Shown: piece by piece, positions 51,091 through 61,380 of the stretch
Layout of the letters: each line of letters begins with the position of its first letter
Numbering within the stretch: the first letter of the stretch is position 1
NCBI GenBank assembly: GCA_949288175.1
Contig: CASEIV010000012.1
Coordinates: 15,616-79,615 of the forward strand
DNA length: 64,000 nucleotides
Direction of reading: 5' to 3'
Origin: an uncultured Eubacteriales bacterium
GTDB lineage: Bacteria > Bacillota > Clostridia > TANB77 > CAG-508
Translations under genes and position numbers: made by a program
Notes under the pieces: generated by a model
What the model saw: the letters and a program-made list of their open reading frames with translations, nothing else
Database searches by the model: none
What the model was told of the DNA's origin: nothing

Positions 51091-51091
51091 T

Positions 51092-51170
51092 ACAAAAAAT
51101 GTCGCGTAGACAAACGAACCCAATGAGACAAAAAATGTCGCATAGACAAACGAACCTAATGCGACAAAAA
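51092..51170. repeat. Tandem 36-bp repeat (2 units plus partial)
   Basis: acaaaaaatgtcgc(g/a)tagacaaacgaacc(c/t)aatg(a/c)g x2. Confidence 0.85.
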
Positions 51171-51186
51171 GGAAAAGGAAGAAAAG

Positions 51187-51825
51187 ATGAATCGATATTT
51201 AACGATAAAAAACAATATAGAAACTGAAATTGTTGTAAAAAAATCAAAATTTATTGCAAATTTTATAAAAGTAACATCAAAGGAACAAGCGGAAGAAGAA
51301 ATCAAAAAAGTGAAAAAGAAATATTTTGATGCAAGACATAATTGTATTTCTTATAGAGTACTAGAAGATGAAAAAATCGTAGAAAGATTTAGTGATGATG
51401 GAGAACCTTCTGGAACTGCAGGAGGACCGATGTTAAATATCCTACAAAAAAATAATCTAGTAAATGTATTGATTGTTGTAACAAGATATTTTGGAGGGAT
51501 ATTATTAGGAACTGGCGGTTTGGTTAGGGCATATTCAGATAGTTTACAAACATCAATCGAAGAGAGTACGCTATTAGAACTTACAATAGGAACAGAATGT
51601 GAAGTGAAATTGGAATACAATTATTTTGAAAAATTTAAATATTATTGTAAAAATAATGATATTCAAATAAAAGATACAACTTATACAGAGGAAATTGTTT
51701 GTAAAATAGAAATGGAAGAAGATAAAAAAGAGAAATTATTAAAAGATTATGCATTAAAAAATCTGAATTTTTTGGATTTTAAAGTTTTATCTAAAAAATA
51801 TATAGAAAAAAGTATACCAAAATAA
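51187..51825 (+). CDS. YigZ/IMPACT family protein
   Basis: KKSKFIA, ARHNC, SDDGEPSGTAG, VTRYFGGILLGTGGLVRAY. Confidence 0.93.
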   Translation: MNRYLTIKNNIETEIVVKKSKFIANFIKVTSKEQAEEEIKKVKKKYFDARHNCISYRVLEDEKIVERFSDDGEPSGTAGGPMLNILQKNNLVNVLIVVTRYFGGILLGTGGLVRAYSDSLQTSIEESTLLELTIGTECEVKLEYNYFEKFKYYCKNNDIQIKDTTYTEEIVCKIEMEEDKKEKLLKDYALKNLNFLDFKVLSKKYIEKSIPK

Positions 51826-51937
51826 TTGTTTTATAAAATAAATGGAAAAAATTACCAATTTATGTTGCAAATTATCATCTGCAAGCATATAATCTGAATT
51901 GTAAAATATTTACAATTTGTTTTTTGGAGGAAAAATT

Positions 51938-52762
51938 ATGAAAGAAAAGATTACAGTCTTAATAGCAGATGACAATCAAGAATTTAGTCAAACATTAGCA
52001 TCATATATAGATGCACAAGAAGATATGGAGGTTATAGCCAAAGCAAAAGATGGAACAGAAGTAATAGATATTATAGCAAATACAGTACCAGATATTATCT
52101 TACTAGATGTGATTATGCCACATTTAGATGGTTTAGGTGTTTTAGAAAATATTAATAAAATTAAAATAGCAAAAAAACCAATTTGCATTATGCTATCAGC
52201 AGTTGGACAAGATAAAATAACACAAAGAGCGATAGAATTGGGAGCACAATATTATGTAGTAAAACCTTTTGATATTGAAGTATTAATACAAAGGATAAGA
52301 GAGTTCAAATTTTATAAACCAACAACAACAAATACAAATAATAATTTTATAACTAGAGAAACAAAGCAACAATACATAGAAATATCTTCAGAGAATACAA
52401 AGTCAGAAGAAAATTTAGAAGCATTAGTGACAAATATTATTCATGAAGTTGGTGTACCTGCACATATTAAAGGATATCAATATTTAAGAGAAGCCATTAT
52501 GATGGTAGTAAATGATATAGATGTCATTAATCAAATTACCAAAAGTCTATATCCACAAATTGCACGTAAATTTAATACAACACCAAGTCGCGTAGAAAGA
52601 GCTATTCGTCATGCAATTGAAGTGGCTTGGGGAAGAGGACAACAAGAAATTGTTGAAAATATATTTGGTTATACGATTTCAGCAGCTAAAGGAAAGCCAA
52701 CTAACTCAGAGTTTATAGCAATGATAGCTGACAAATTAAGATTAGAATTGAAGAGTGCGTAG
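51938..52762 (+). CDS. spo0A: Sporulation master regulator Spo0A
   Basis: Receiver domain plus [43 protein letters not shown]. Confidence 0.98.
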   Translation: MKEKITVLIADDNQEFSQTLASYIDAQEDMEVIAKAKDGTEVIDIIANTVPDIILLDVIMPHLDGLGVLENINKIKIAKKPICIMLSAVGQDKITQRAIELGAQYYVVKPFDIEVLIQRIREFKFYKPTTTNTNNNFITRETKQQYIEISSENTKSEENLEALVTNIIHEVGVPAHIKGYQYLREAIMMVVNDIDVINQITKSLYPQIARKFNTTPSRVERAIRHAIEVAWGRGQQEIVENIFGYTISAAKGKPTNSEFIAMIADKLRLELKSA

Positions 52763-53006
52763 AATTTAATTAATTATAGGTAGAAGGATAGAAGATAAGA
52801 GTAAATCGATATTCCATGAATGAAAGTAAAAGAAGAAAAGAGAGAATACATAGTCAAAATAGAGTAGAATTTAAAATCTGCTCTGTTTTTTTTACAAAAA
52901 ATAGCAATCCTTAGTTTTATCAAGGAAATATGATTGAAATATTATGTAAATTATGATATAATATCGAAAAAATGAAATTAGTTGTTATTTAAGAAAAGGA
53001 GAAAAT

Positions 53007-53735
53007 ATGAGAATATTTGCATTTAAAGATGAAGAAACAAATCAAATATGGGCGATTACAACTAAAATGTGGTCAGAGAACCAAGAGGTATTTAATACAC
53101 AAATGAAAGGAGCAAAGCAACAAGCATTAGTAACAGTTGTATATGAAGATGGTGGAGAATTAAATAAAGTTATCATTGGAGATAAATATATACAAATTGC
53201 AGGTGCCAATGCATTAAATCCAAAGGTAGGTGCAAAAAATTGGAATGATTGTTATGTTGTTGAAGGAGATAGAGTGTTTCCAAAAGATGTTGTGGAAGGT
53301 AAAAAAGATCTTACATTAAATGAAGCTATGGAAGGTGTTTTTTTAGAGGGAAAACTCGAAGACTTGGTAAAAAACAAATATATTAAAGGGCTTCCTAAAA
53401 ATGTTGTAGAAAATATCGATTCAGAAGAATGTAGAAAAGAATTGGAAGATTATTTTCAAACACATATTTCAATATTAGAACGAAAACAGCCATCAAACAT
53501 TAACTTTGAAGATAATCAACAATTAGATGCAATCAGTAGAGGGTGTATAGCAGAAATTAGACAAATTGAAAAAGAAATTGGAAAACAGGATGAAGACTTG
53601 CCAGCAGATAAAGTGAATGAGATGTTGCAAGAAAAACAGAAAAAAGTAGAAAGAGCGAAAAAAATAGCAGAAGAATTAGCATCATTGGCAGAAGAATTAG
53701 GAAAAACTCCACAAGATTTTTTAAAAGGAGAATAA
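53007..53735 (+). CDS. Hypothetical protein
   Basis: 242-aa ORF with aaggag RBS; no family recognised. Confidence 0.7.
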   Translation: MRIFAFKDEETNQIWAITTKMWSENQEVFNTQMKGAKQQALVTVVYEDGGELNKVIIGDKYIQIAGANALNPKVGAKNWNDCYVVEGDRVFPKDVVEGKKDLTLNEAMEGVFLEGKLEDLVKNKYIKGLPKNVVENIDSEECRKELEDYFQTHISILERKQPSNINFEDNQQLDAISRGCIAEIRQIEKEIGKQDEDLPADKVNEMLQEKQKKVERAKKIAEELASLAEELGKTPQDFLKGE

Positions 53736-54164
53736 ATGAAAATAGAAGAAAAAGATATAAATGAATTGGAAGAATCATTGAAGCATTATACAGAAATAAA
53801 AATTAGATTTATACGTACGATAAATCAATATACTGAAAAAGAAAGAGAAATGTTTTGGGAAAAATTTTATGAACGAAAATTAAATATATTATTAAATATT
53901 TTATATTATAATTACACCCAAAATAATCTAACAATATATAAAAACCCATTTTTTGAAATTCCAAAAGAAGAAGTAAAAAAATATAGAGAAATGATCTGTA
54001 TAGAATTAAGTAAGATGAATATTGATAAAATTGCATCAAAAAATACTTTATTAAAACAATATGAAGATTTAAAAGATAAAATCAAAAGCAAAAAAGAAGA
54101 GTTTATATATAATCAAGAATTTTGGAAATTATTTATGAATTTTTATAGTATATATAGTGATTAA
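53736..54164 (+). CDS. Hypothetical protein
   Basis: Abuts the upstream stop; aaggag RBS. Confidence 0.65.
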   Translation: MKIEEKDINELEESLKHYTEIKIRFIRTINQYTEKEREMFWEKFYERKLNILLNILYYNYTQNNLTIYKNPFFEIPKEEVKKYREMICIELSKMNIDKIASKNTLLKQYEDLKDKIKSKKEEFIYNQEFWKLFMNFYSIYSD

Positions 54165-54283
54165 ATATTTTTGTTTTATATCAATATTGAAAAAATTGAC
54201 TAAGATGTATAAAAAATAATTTGCATTAAGAAAATAAATTTGGTATAATATAGCGATAAAAAATATTAGGAGGTTTTTTTGTA

Positions 54284-54613
54284 ATGAAAAAGCGGTTGGT
54301 AATAGTTGGGAGTATCTTGATGTTGACGGTGAGTATGGTCTGTGGATGTAGTTTGAAAGAAACGACTGAAATATCGGCAGACCGGCAAGAGTATGCAGAG
54401 AATGCATATGAACTGGGGTTAGCAGAGGCATTAGCTGTAGCGCTTATGCCTCCAGAAGAGGCAGCAGAGGTCCAAGAAATAATACACGAAGCGATGTCTC
54501 AAGAACTATCTCTTGAAGAACAAGAGGAAGTGTCAGAAAAAATATTTGAGATGTTGAGTGAATATATTACCACAGAGTATGAGGGGATGGACAACATGTA
54601 TCATCAGTTGTAA
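54284..54613 (+). CDS. Putative small acidic lipoprotein, GC-richer than flanks
   Basis: aggagg RBS; signal peptide ending VCGC; own terminator caggcgcgtc...gatgtgcctg plus T-run. Confidence 0.7.
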   Translation: MKKRLVIVGSILMLTVSMVCGCSLKETTEISADRQEYAENAYELGLAEALAVALMPPEEAAEVQEIIHEAMSQELSLEEQEEVSEKIFEMLSEYITTEYEGMDNMYHQL

Positions 54614-54726
54614 GTCCCGGAGAGAAGCAGGCGCGTCATAAATACGATGTGCCTGTTTTTTTATGTATAAAATGAAAAAATCTGGAAATACTCAAAATAA
54701 ATACATAAGAAACGAAGGAGGTACAG

Positions 54727-55062
54727 ATGGAAGATATTGATTTAAAAAATATGGTAATTTTAAAAGACTTACCATCAAATATAGTGAAAGAAGCTTATGT
54801 GGTTTTTAAATCTAACAAAATGATAAAAAAATTCCAAAAGATAAATAAAAATACAGAACAAAAGCAAGTAAAAAGAGAAAACGAAGATAGTCAATATGCG
54901 ATAAAAGAAGCAGAAATGTTAGTATCAGAATATATAGAAAGAGTAGAAAAGTCTGAAAAAGAAGTGATTTTAAATTCCAAAGTAAATAAAAAATTAAAAA
55001 AATATGCATATATAGCAAGTATTATTATGGTTTTACAATTTATATTATTAATCATGAAATAA
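54727..55062 (+). CDS. Hypothetical protein with C-terminal TM
   Basis: aaggagg RBS; LKDLPSNIVKEA motif. Confidence 0.7.
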   Translation: MEDIDLKNMVILKDLPSNIVKEAYVVFKSNKMIKKFQKINKNTEQKQVKRENEDSQYAIKEAEMLVSEYIERVEKSEKEVILNSKVNKKLKKYAYIASIIMVLQFILLIMK

Positions 55063-55123
55063 GCATAAAACACCTTTTCCGAACATATAGTTTAACAAGA
55101 AACCAAGGAAGAGGTGTTTTTAT

Positions 55124-56026
55124 ATGGAAAGAACAATGACTGTAGAAGAAAGAATTAGACGAGCAGAAGAAATCTATGAGCGTCGAAAAAGAAATGAGGG
55201 ACTAACAGTTGTTCATGAAGAAAAGGATAAAAAAGAAAAACATGAAAAAAAGGATGTAAAATTATTAAGAAAAATGTTTATTCAACTGTTAGTGTGTATA
55301 TGTATCTATCTAGTCATTTATACAATACAAAATCAGCAATATATATTTTCAGAAGATTTCATTAATAAAGTAAATGAAATCATTTCTTATGATATTGATT
55401 TTAAAAAATTATATGAAGATACTAAAAATTATGTGATGGGAATGTTTAATAAAGAAAACAAAATTCAGGATTCAAACGAAGGTCAAAGTGAAGAAAGTAA
55501 TGAGATAAATGTAACAGAAAATATGGAAATAAATAATGGTATCGGAGGTGCAACAGAGGAAAACGCAGAAGAGATTGAGCCAGTAGAAGAAAATCAAAAC
55601 TTATCGCAAGAAGAGCAAGATATCCTTGATGTAAAAAATACAACAAGTTTTATAAAACCAGTGGAAGGCACGATTAGTTCTATATATGGCTATAGAGAAA
55701 CGGCGACAGGGAACGTACCTAAAGACCATACAGGGACAGATATAGCAGCAATAACAGGGACAAAGATAAAATCGGCAACTGATGGACAGGTGGTTTTGGC
55801 TTCAGAAGAGGGAGATTATGGAAAACATATAAAAGTACAAATAGGCCAAGTTAGTATTGTTTATGCACATTGCAATAGTTTATATGTAAAAGAAGGTGAT
55901 ATGGTTACACAGGGACAAGAAATAGCAGAAGTAGGGTCTACTGGAAATTCAACAGGTCCGCATTTACATTTTGAAATTCGAATATCGGAAAGAACTGTTG
56001 ATCCACAAAAGATATTAGAATTATAA
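55124..56026 (+). CDS. M23 peptidase-family membrane protein in spoIVFA position
   Basis: HTGTD, YAH, GSTGNSTGPHLHFE; precedes M50 peptidase. Confidence 0.88.
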   Translation: MERTMTVEERIRRAEEIYERRKRNEGLTVVHEEKDKKEKHEKKDVKLLRKMFIQLLVCICIYLVIYTIQNQQYIFSEDFINKVNEIISYDIDFKKLYEDTKNYVMGMFNKENKIQDSNEGQSEESNEINVTENMEINNGIGGATEENAEEIEPVEENQNLSQEEQDILDVKNTTSFIKPVEGTISSIYGYRETATGNVPKDHTGTDIAAITGTKIKSATDGQVVLASEEGDYGKHIKVQIGQVSIVYAHCNSLYVKEGDMVTQGQEIAEVGSTGNSTGPHLHFEIRISERTVDPQKILEL

Positions 56027-56036
56027 AGGAGAAAAG

Positions 56037-56747
56037 ATGAAATTTAGAATTGATTTAAAAATATTTATACTTGTTATATTGTTCTTCATAACCAATCAAA
56101 TAAAAATATATGCTATGATTATGTTATTTGCCATTACACATGAAATAGGACATTTACTGGCTGGAATTTTATTAGGAATGAGACCGACCGAAATGGAGAT
56201 AAATCCATTTGGAGTATCAATCGATTTTGATATCAAAAGAAAGGATTATAATGTTAAGATAGGAAAAGGAAATTTGCTAGAGTTAAAAAAAATATTTGTA
56301 GCATTAGCAGGTCCAGTAACAAATGCATGGATAATTATTATTTTAATGGAATTTCATATTTTCAATTTTAATGATTATGATAAAATGATAATGATATTTT
56401 CAAATATAACATTAATTATTTTTAACATATTGCCAATATATCCATTAGATGGTGGAAGAATATTAAAGAGCATCATCTATATTGGAAAAGGAAAATATAT
56501 TGCCGAAAAATACATATATAGAATATCATATATAACTTTGATTATTATAACAATAATCAGTAGTATAGCAATATTATATTTAGAAAACATTGCTATATTT
56601 TTAGCAACTATTTTTTTATGGGGATTACAAATGAAGGAACATATCATATATAAAAATCGAAAAATATTGTATGATACAATACAACAAGAAATGAACAAAT
56701 GTGAATATAAAAATATGGATATTCCTATTGAAAATAAAGTAAATTGA
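56037..56747 (+). CDS. spoIVFB: Site-2 protease (M50), SpoIVFB-like
   Basis: HEIGH, AGP, NILPIYPLDGGRI. Confidence 0.8.
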   Translation: MKFRIDLKIFILVILFFITNQIKIYAMIMLFAITHEIGHLLAGILLGMRPTEMEINPFGVSIDFDIKRKDYNVKIGKGNLLELKKIFVALAGPVTNAWIIIILMEFHIFNFNDYDKMIMIFSNITLIIFNILPIYPLDGGRILKSIIYIGKGKYIAEKYIYRISYITLIIITIISSIAILYLENIAIFLATIFLWGLQMKEHIIYKNRKILYDTIQQEMNKCEYKNMDIPIENKVN

Positions 56748-56779
56748 TAGTAAACTATACTAAAGAAGGTTGGAGGTAA

Positions 56780-58471
56780 ATGCAAATGATGAAAAAAGAC
56801 AAAGGAATTACGCTGATTTCATTATCAATAGCGGTTATTATCATATTAACGATAACAGGAATGATACTGTATTCTGCAAAAGATAATATATATATAAAAA
56901 ATTTAACAAATATGCAGAATGATATAGCAAATTTGAGAGATAAAATATCTTTATATTATTCAGAATATGGGGATATACCAGCTAAAACAGAATATCCAGA
57001 TATAACGAATTTAAAAAATGCAGGAGTTATAGGGGCAAATGATACAGGAAACTTTTTAATCATAGAATTAGAAGAATTAAATGGACTAACTTTAAATTAT
57101 GGAGGAGATTACGAAACTTATAAAGAAAAAGCAAACAAAGGTGATTATACAAATCTAGAGGATTTAACAGATATTTATATTATTAATGAAGATAGTCATA
57201 ATATTTTTTACGTAGAAGGAATACGTGTGAAAGAAAATAATACTACGAAAATGTATTATACAGATTATACGCAAGGAGATACACAAAGTGTAAAAATGAA
57301 AATAGTAGACGGAGTTATTATACCAAATGAGTTTTATTATGTTGGAGGAACAAAAGATTCAGGATTGGTAATTTCAGATGATTCTAGTGATGAAAATGCG
57401 TATAAAAATGAAGAAATAGTAGGAAATGATTTAAAAGGAAATCAATTTGTATGGGTACCAGTGGAAAATTTTAGTGAGTTTAAAAGAGAACATTTTGGTA
57501 CAAGTTCGCAAAAATGGTGGACGGGAACATTTGTAACAGATGGATTAAGTGCTAATAATTTATATGAGCCAGTATCAGACGGAACCAAAGATGAGACAGA
57601 AGTGGATAAAATGTATAAAAGTGTAAAAGAAAATAAAGGATTTTATGTAGGAAGGTATGAAGCAGGGACAACTGAAACAAGCGGAACAGGAATTAGAGGA
57701 GATTTAGTTTGTAAGCAGGGTGTAAATGTATATAACAATATAAAATGGGGAAATAGTATTTCAGATGAAAGTGGAGGAGCAGTAGAAGTAGCAAGGGGAA
57801 TGTATTCAAAAGAGAATGGAAATAGTGTCACAAGTACATTAATGTATGGGGTACAATGGGATGCAATTATGAGATGGATGAAGGATGAACCAAATTTGAC
57901 AGAAGGAAAATATGTGCAAGATAGTACTGATATGGGATGGTATAATAATAATTCAAGTGGAAACCAAAACCATTTAACAGGAAAAGATTTAAATGAAGGA
58001 AAAAACGCAGTTAAAAATATTTATGATTTAGCAGGAAATGTTGAAGAATGGACAATGGAGTCTTTTGACACTTTTGCTATAGTTAACAGAGGAGGAATTT
58101 ACAATTTTTCAGGTTCTGACCATCCAGTTTCTTCTCGTAATAGAGACCGTTATCCATCTCGTGGTAGTGCTGATAATGGTTTCCGTGTTGCTTTATATTT
58201 AAATATAGATGATGAAGAAACATCAGAAGATTCACCAGTTGTTGAAACTAAGGAATTTACAATTGATGGAGTGGTATACAAATTTGAAGAAGGCATGAAC
58301 TTTGGAACATGGGTGAATTCAAAATACAATACAAATGAATGGAAAATATCACCAAGTAGTTATGTTACTAATTCAACTTATACCAAAACGGTAAGAGATT
58401 TAAATGGTAATCTAGTGTATTACAATACAAAAATTACTGAAAATATAAACTATATCACATTGGATGTATAA
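56780..58471 (+). CDS. Pilin-like N-terminus plus FGE-sulfatase/C-type-lectin-fold protein
   Basis: KGITLISL..hydrophobic leader; GNQFVWVPV, GFYVGRYEAG, IYDLAGNVEEWT...RGG...R...GFR. Confidence 0.8.
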   Translation: MQMMKKDKGITLISLSIAVIIILTITGMILYSAKDNIYIKNLTNMQNDIANLRDKISLYYSEYGDIPAKTEYPDITNLKNAGVIGANDTGNFLIIELEELNGLTLNYGGDYETYKEKANKGDYTNLEDLTDIYIINEDSHNIFYVEGIRVKENNTTKMYYTDYTQGDTQSVKMKIVDGVIIPNEFYYVGGTKDSGLVISDDSSDENAYKNEEIVGNDLKGNQFVWVPVENFSEFKREHFGTSSQKWWTGTFVTDGLSANNLYEPVSDGTKDETEVDKMYKSVKENKGFYVGRYEAGTTETSGTGIRGDLVCKQGVNVYNNIKWGNSISDESGGAVEVARGMYSKENGNSVTSTLMYGVQWDAIMRWMKDEPNLTEGKYVQDSTDMGWYNNNSSGNQNHLTGKDLNEGKNAVKNIYDLAGNVEEWTMESFDTFAIVNRGGIYNFSGSDHPVSSRNRDRYPSRGSADNGFRVALYLNIDDEETSEDSPVVETKEFTIDGVVYKFEEGMNFGTWVNSKYNTNEWKISPSSYVTNSTYTKTVRDLNGNLVYYNTKITENINYITLDV

Positions 58472-58759
58472 GAAGTGCTACTGTATGGCACTTTTTTAAT
58501 TTGATAGGAAGAGCAATTTTTACGTTGACAAATCTATTAATACAAATAGATTGAATTAGAAGAAAAGATAAAAAAATTTTAGGAGATTTGTTTATAAAAG
58601 ACATTGGGAAGGATAAATAATTAAATTTTGTAAACATTTTGTAACATTTTAGAAATATTTTTGTAATTTTAGTATCAAATGACATTGACAATTAATGGAT
58701 TTCGTTATATGATATACACATCAAAAAATATGTGTTTTTAAATCCTAAGGAGGAGAATT

Positions 58760-59554
58760 ATGGGAGAAGTAATTGTTATCACATCAGGAAAAGGTGGAGT
58801 AGGAAAAACAACAACAACAGCAAATTTAGGTTCTAGTTTAGCATTAGAAGGAAAAAAAGTTGTATTAATTGACACAGATATAGGATTACGTAATTTAGAT
58901 GTTGTTATGGGATTAGAAAATAGAATTGTATATGACATCGTTGATGTTGTGGAAGAAAAATGTAAATTAAGACAAGCATTAATAAAAGATAAAAGATTTA
59001 AAGAATTATACCTATTACCAGCAGCCCAAACGAGAGATAAAAGCGCAGTAAATGAAGAACAAATGAGAAATTTAGTAGGCAAATTAAAAGAAGAATTTGA
59101 CTATATCTTAATAGATTGTCCTGCTGGAATTGAGCAAGGGTTCAAAAATGCTATTGCAGGGGCAGATAGAGCCATTGTAGTTACAACAGCAGAAATATCT
59201 GCAATAAGAGATGCAGATAGAATTATAGGACTTTTAGAATCATCTGATATAAAAAATCCAGAATTGGTTATTAATAGAATAAGACCGAATATGGTAAGAA
59301 AAGGTGAAATGATGGATGTGGATGATATTGTAGATTTATTATCTATTGACTTAATTGGTGTGGTACCAGATGATGAATATATCATTACACAAACAAATAA
59401 AGGAGAGCCTGTTATTCAAAATAGAAGAGCACCATCAGGAAAGGCATATATTGAAATAGCAAAAAGAGTATTAGGAGAAAAAATAGAAGTAACAATTCCA
59501 GGAAGAGAAAAAGGATTTTTTGCAAAATTAAAAAGATTATTTAAGAAATCATAA
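58760..59554 (+). CDS. minD: Septum site-determining ATPase MinD
   Basis: SGKGGVGKTT, DIGLRNLD, DCPAGIE, C-terminal amphipathic GFFAKLKRLF. Confidence 0.97.
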   Translation: MGEVIVITSGKGGVGKTTTTANLGSSLALEGKKVVLIDTDIGLRNLDVVMGLENRIVYDIVDVVEEKCKLRQALIKDKRFKELYLLPAAQTRDKSAVNEEQMRNLVGKLKEEFDYILIDCPAGIEQGFKNAIAGADRAIVVTTAEISAIRDADRIIGLLESSDIKNPELVINRIRPNMVRKGEMMDVDDIVDLLSIDLIGVVPDDEYIITQTNKGEPVIQNRRAPSGKAYIEIAKRVLGEKIEVTIPGREKGFFAKLKRLFKKS

Positions 59555-59583
59555 TAAAACAAAAGTTGGAGGGAAATTTAAGA

Positions 59584-60177
59584 ATGTTTGAAAACATAAT
59601 GAAATTCTTTAATAAATTAAGAAAAAAGGAAGAAAAAACAGCACCAAATTCAAAAGAAGCTGCTAAAGAAAGATTACATTTAGTTCTTATGCAAGATAGA
59701 GCAAATGTTTCAGCAGATTTCTTAGAATTAATGAAACAAGAAATTATAGAAGTTATCAAAAAATATATAGATATAGATGAAGGGGCAATAGATGTTAGAC
59801 TAACTAATAAAGAAAATGAAGATGGTACAAATGGAGCTCCAGCTTTATATGCGAACATTCCAATCTTAAATATAAAAAATGAAGTAAGAAAAATGGAGAA
59901 AAAACAAGAGGAACTAGAGGAAGATAAACAAGAACAATCTAAAAACCAAAATAAAGAAGATATAGAACAAAGTGAAACAGAAAAAGAAACAAAAATAGAA
60001 ATGGAGAAGCAGAAAGATAAAACAGAAGAAACTAAGAGAGACAATGACAAAACAGAAAATAGCGATGAAGATGAAATAGAAGATAAAAATGAAATTCAAG
60101 AAATAGACAAACAAGAAGATATAGATTCAGAAAATAAACAAGATATTGCAGAAGAAAAAGAAACAAAAGAAGATTAA
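59584..60177 (+). CDS. minE: Cell division topological factor MinE with acidic C-terminal extension
   Basis: SKEAAKERLHLVLMQDR...IIEVIKKY...ALYANIPI then E/K/D-rich tail. Confidence 0.88.
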   Translation: MFENIMKFFNKLRKKEEKTAPNSKEAAKERLHLVLMQDRANVSADFLELMKQEIIEVIKKYIDIDEGAIDVRLTNKENEDGTNGAPALYANIPILNIKNEVRKMEKKQEELEEDKQEQSKNQNKEDIEQSETEKETKIEMEKQKDKTEETKRDNDKTENSDEDEIEDKNEIQEIDKQEDIDSENKQDIAEEKETKED

Positions 60178-60218
60178 CCTAGTTGTATACGGAAAAATTT
60201 TATATAGGGGCAAGATGA

Positions 60219-61373
60219 ATGCTTCATGATTCCTATACGATAAAAAATGGAAAAAAGAGTGATTTAATGAGAAAAAGAGAATTGAAAAATATGGAGTGGG
60301 GAATTTTAATTACTGCAATTATTCTGTGTGTTATAGGAATAGTTGCATTATTTTCTGCCACACAAGAAACTGAATATGAAGAATTTACAAAACAAATCAT
60401 ATGGTTTGTAGTTAGTTTAATAGCAATGGTAATTGTTATGTTTATAGATTATAACTTGTTGTTAAAAGCATCACCAGTATTATATGGCATATTTATTTTA
60501 CTGTTAATAGGGGTATTATTCACATCTCCAATTAATGGAGCAACAAGTTGGTATAATATATTTGGATTTTCATTTCAACCAGCAGAATTTGATAAAGTAT
60601 TTGTAATATTATTTTTGACGTATACAATTATAAAAATTCAACGCAAAGGGCAAGATGAAATCAATAGACTAACAAGATTGCCAATCGCATTAGCAGTTGT
60701 GGGATTACCAGTTTTGTTAATTGTTATGCAGCCTGACTATGGAACAGCATTAGCATACATTGTTGCAATGGCATTAATGTTATTCTCAGCAGGTCTAGAT
60801 AAAAAATATATTATAGGAACGATTTTATTAATTATCATTGCAGTTCCATTATTATATAATTTTGTATTACCAGAACATGCTAAAGCAAGAATTGATGTAT
60901 TTTTAAATCCAGAATCAGATCCTAGAGGAGCTGGATATAACATTATTCAATCCAAAATTGCTATAGGTTCAGGTGGACTAACAGGAATGGGAATCTTAAA
61001 AGGAAATCAAACACAATTAGGATTTTTATATCCAAAAACAACAGACTTTATTTATTCTGTTATTGGAGAAGAAATGGGCTTTATTGTAGCAGGTGGTATT
61101 ATTTTATTATATGTATATTTGATAACCAAATGTATTTATATTGCCAAAACTGCAAAAGATAAAGCAGGTTCTTTAATTGCTATTGGAATTACAGGAATAT
61201 TCATATTCCATGTATTAGAAAATATAGGAATGGTTATGGGATTATTACCAATAACAGGAGTACCACTACCTTTTGTTAGTTATGGAGGAAGCTCTTTGAT
61301 TACAAACTTTATATGTATAGGTTTATTATTAAATATTAGTGGTAAAAGACAAAAAACAATATTTGTACAATAA
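60219..61373 (+). CDS. rodA: Rod shape-determining SEDS protein RodA
   Basis: QPAEF.K, QPDYGT, GYNIIQSKIAIGSGG, TDFI, TGVPLPFVSYGGSS; start may be 60267. Confidence 0.92.
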   Translation: MLHDSYTIKNGKKSDLMRKRELKNMEWGILITAIILCVIGIVALFSATQETEYEEFTKQIIWFVVSLIAMVIVMFIDYNLLLKASPVLYGIFILLLIGVLFTSPINGATSWYNIFGFSFQPAEFDKVFVILFLTYTIIKIQRKGQDEINRLTRLPIALAVVGLPVLLIVMQPDYGTALAYIVAMALMLFSAGLDKKYIIGTILLIIIAVPLLYNFVLPEHAKARIDVFLNPESDPRGAGYNIIQSKIAIGSGGLTGMGILKGNQTQLGFLYPKTTDFIYSVIGEEMGFIVAGGIILLYVYLITKCIYIAKTAKDKAGSLIAIGITGIFIFHVLENIGMVMGLLPITGVPLPFVSYGGSSLITNFICIGLLLNISGKRQKTIFVQ

Positions 61374-61380
61374 ACAGAAT

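Noticed and set aside
51092..51170. 36-bp repeats as a CRISPR array
   Set aside because: Units are adjacent with no spacers and no cas genes are present.
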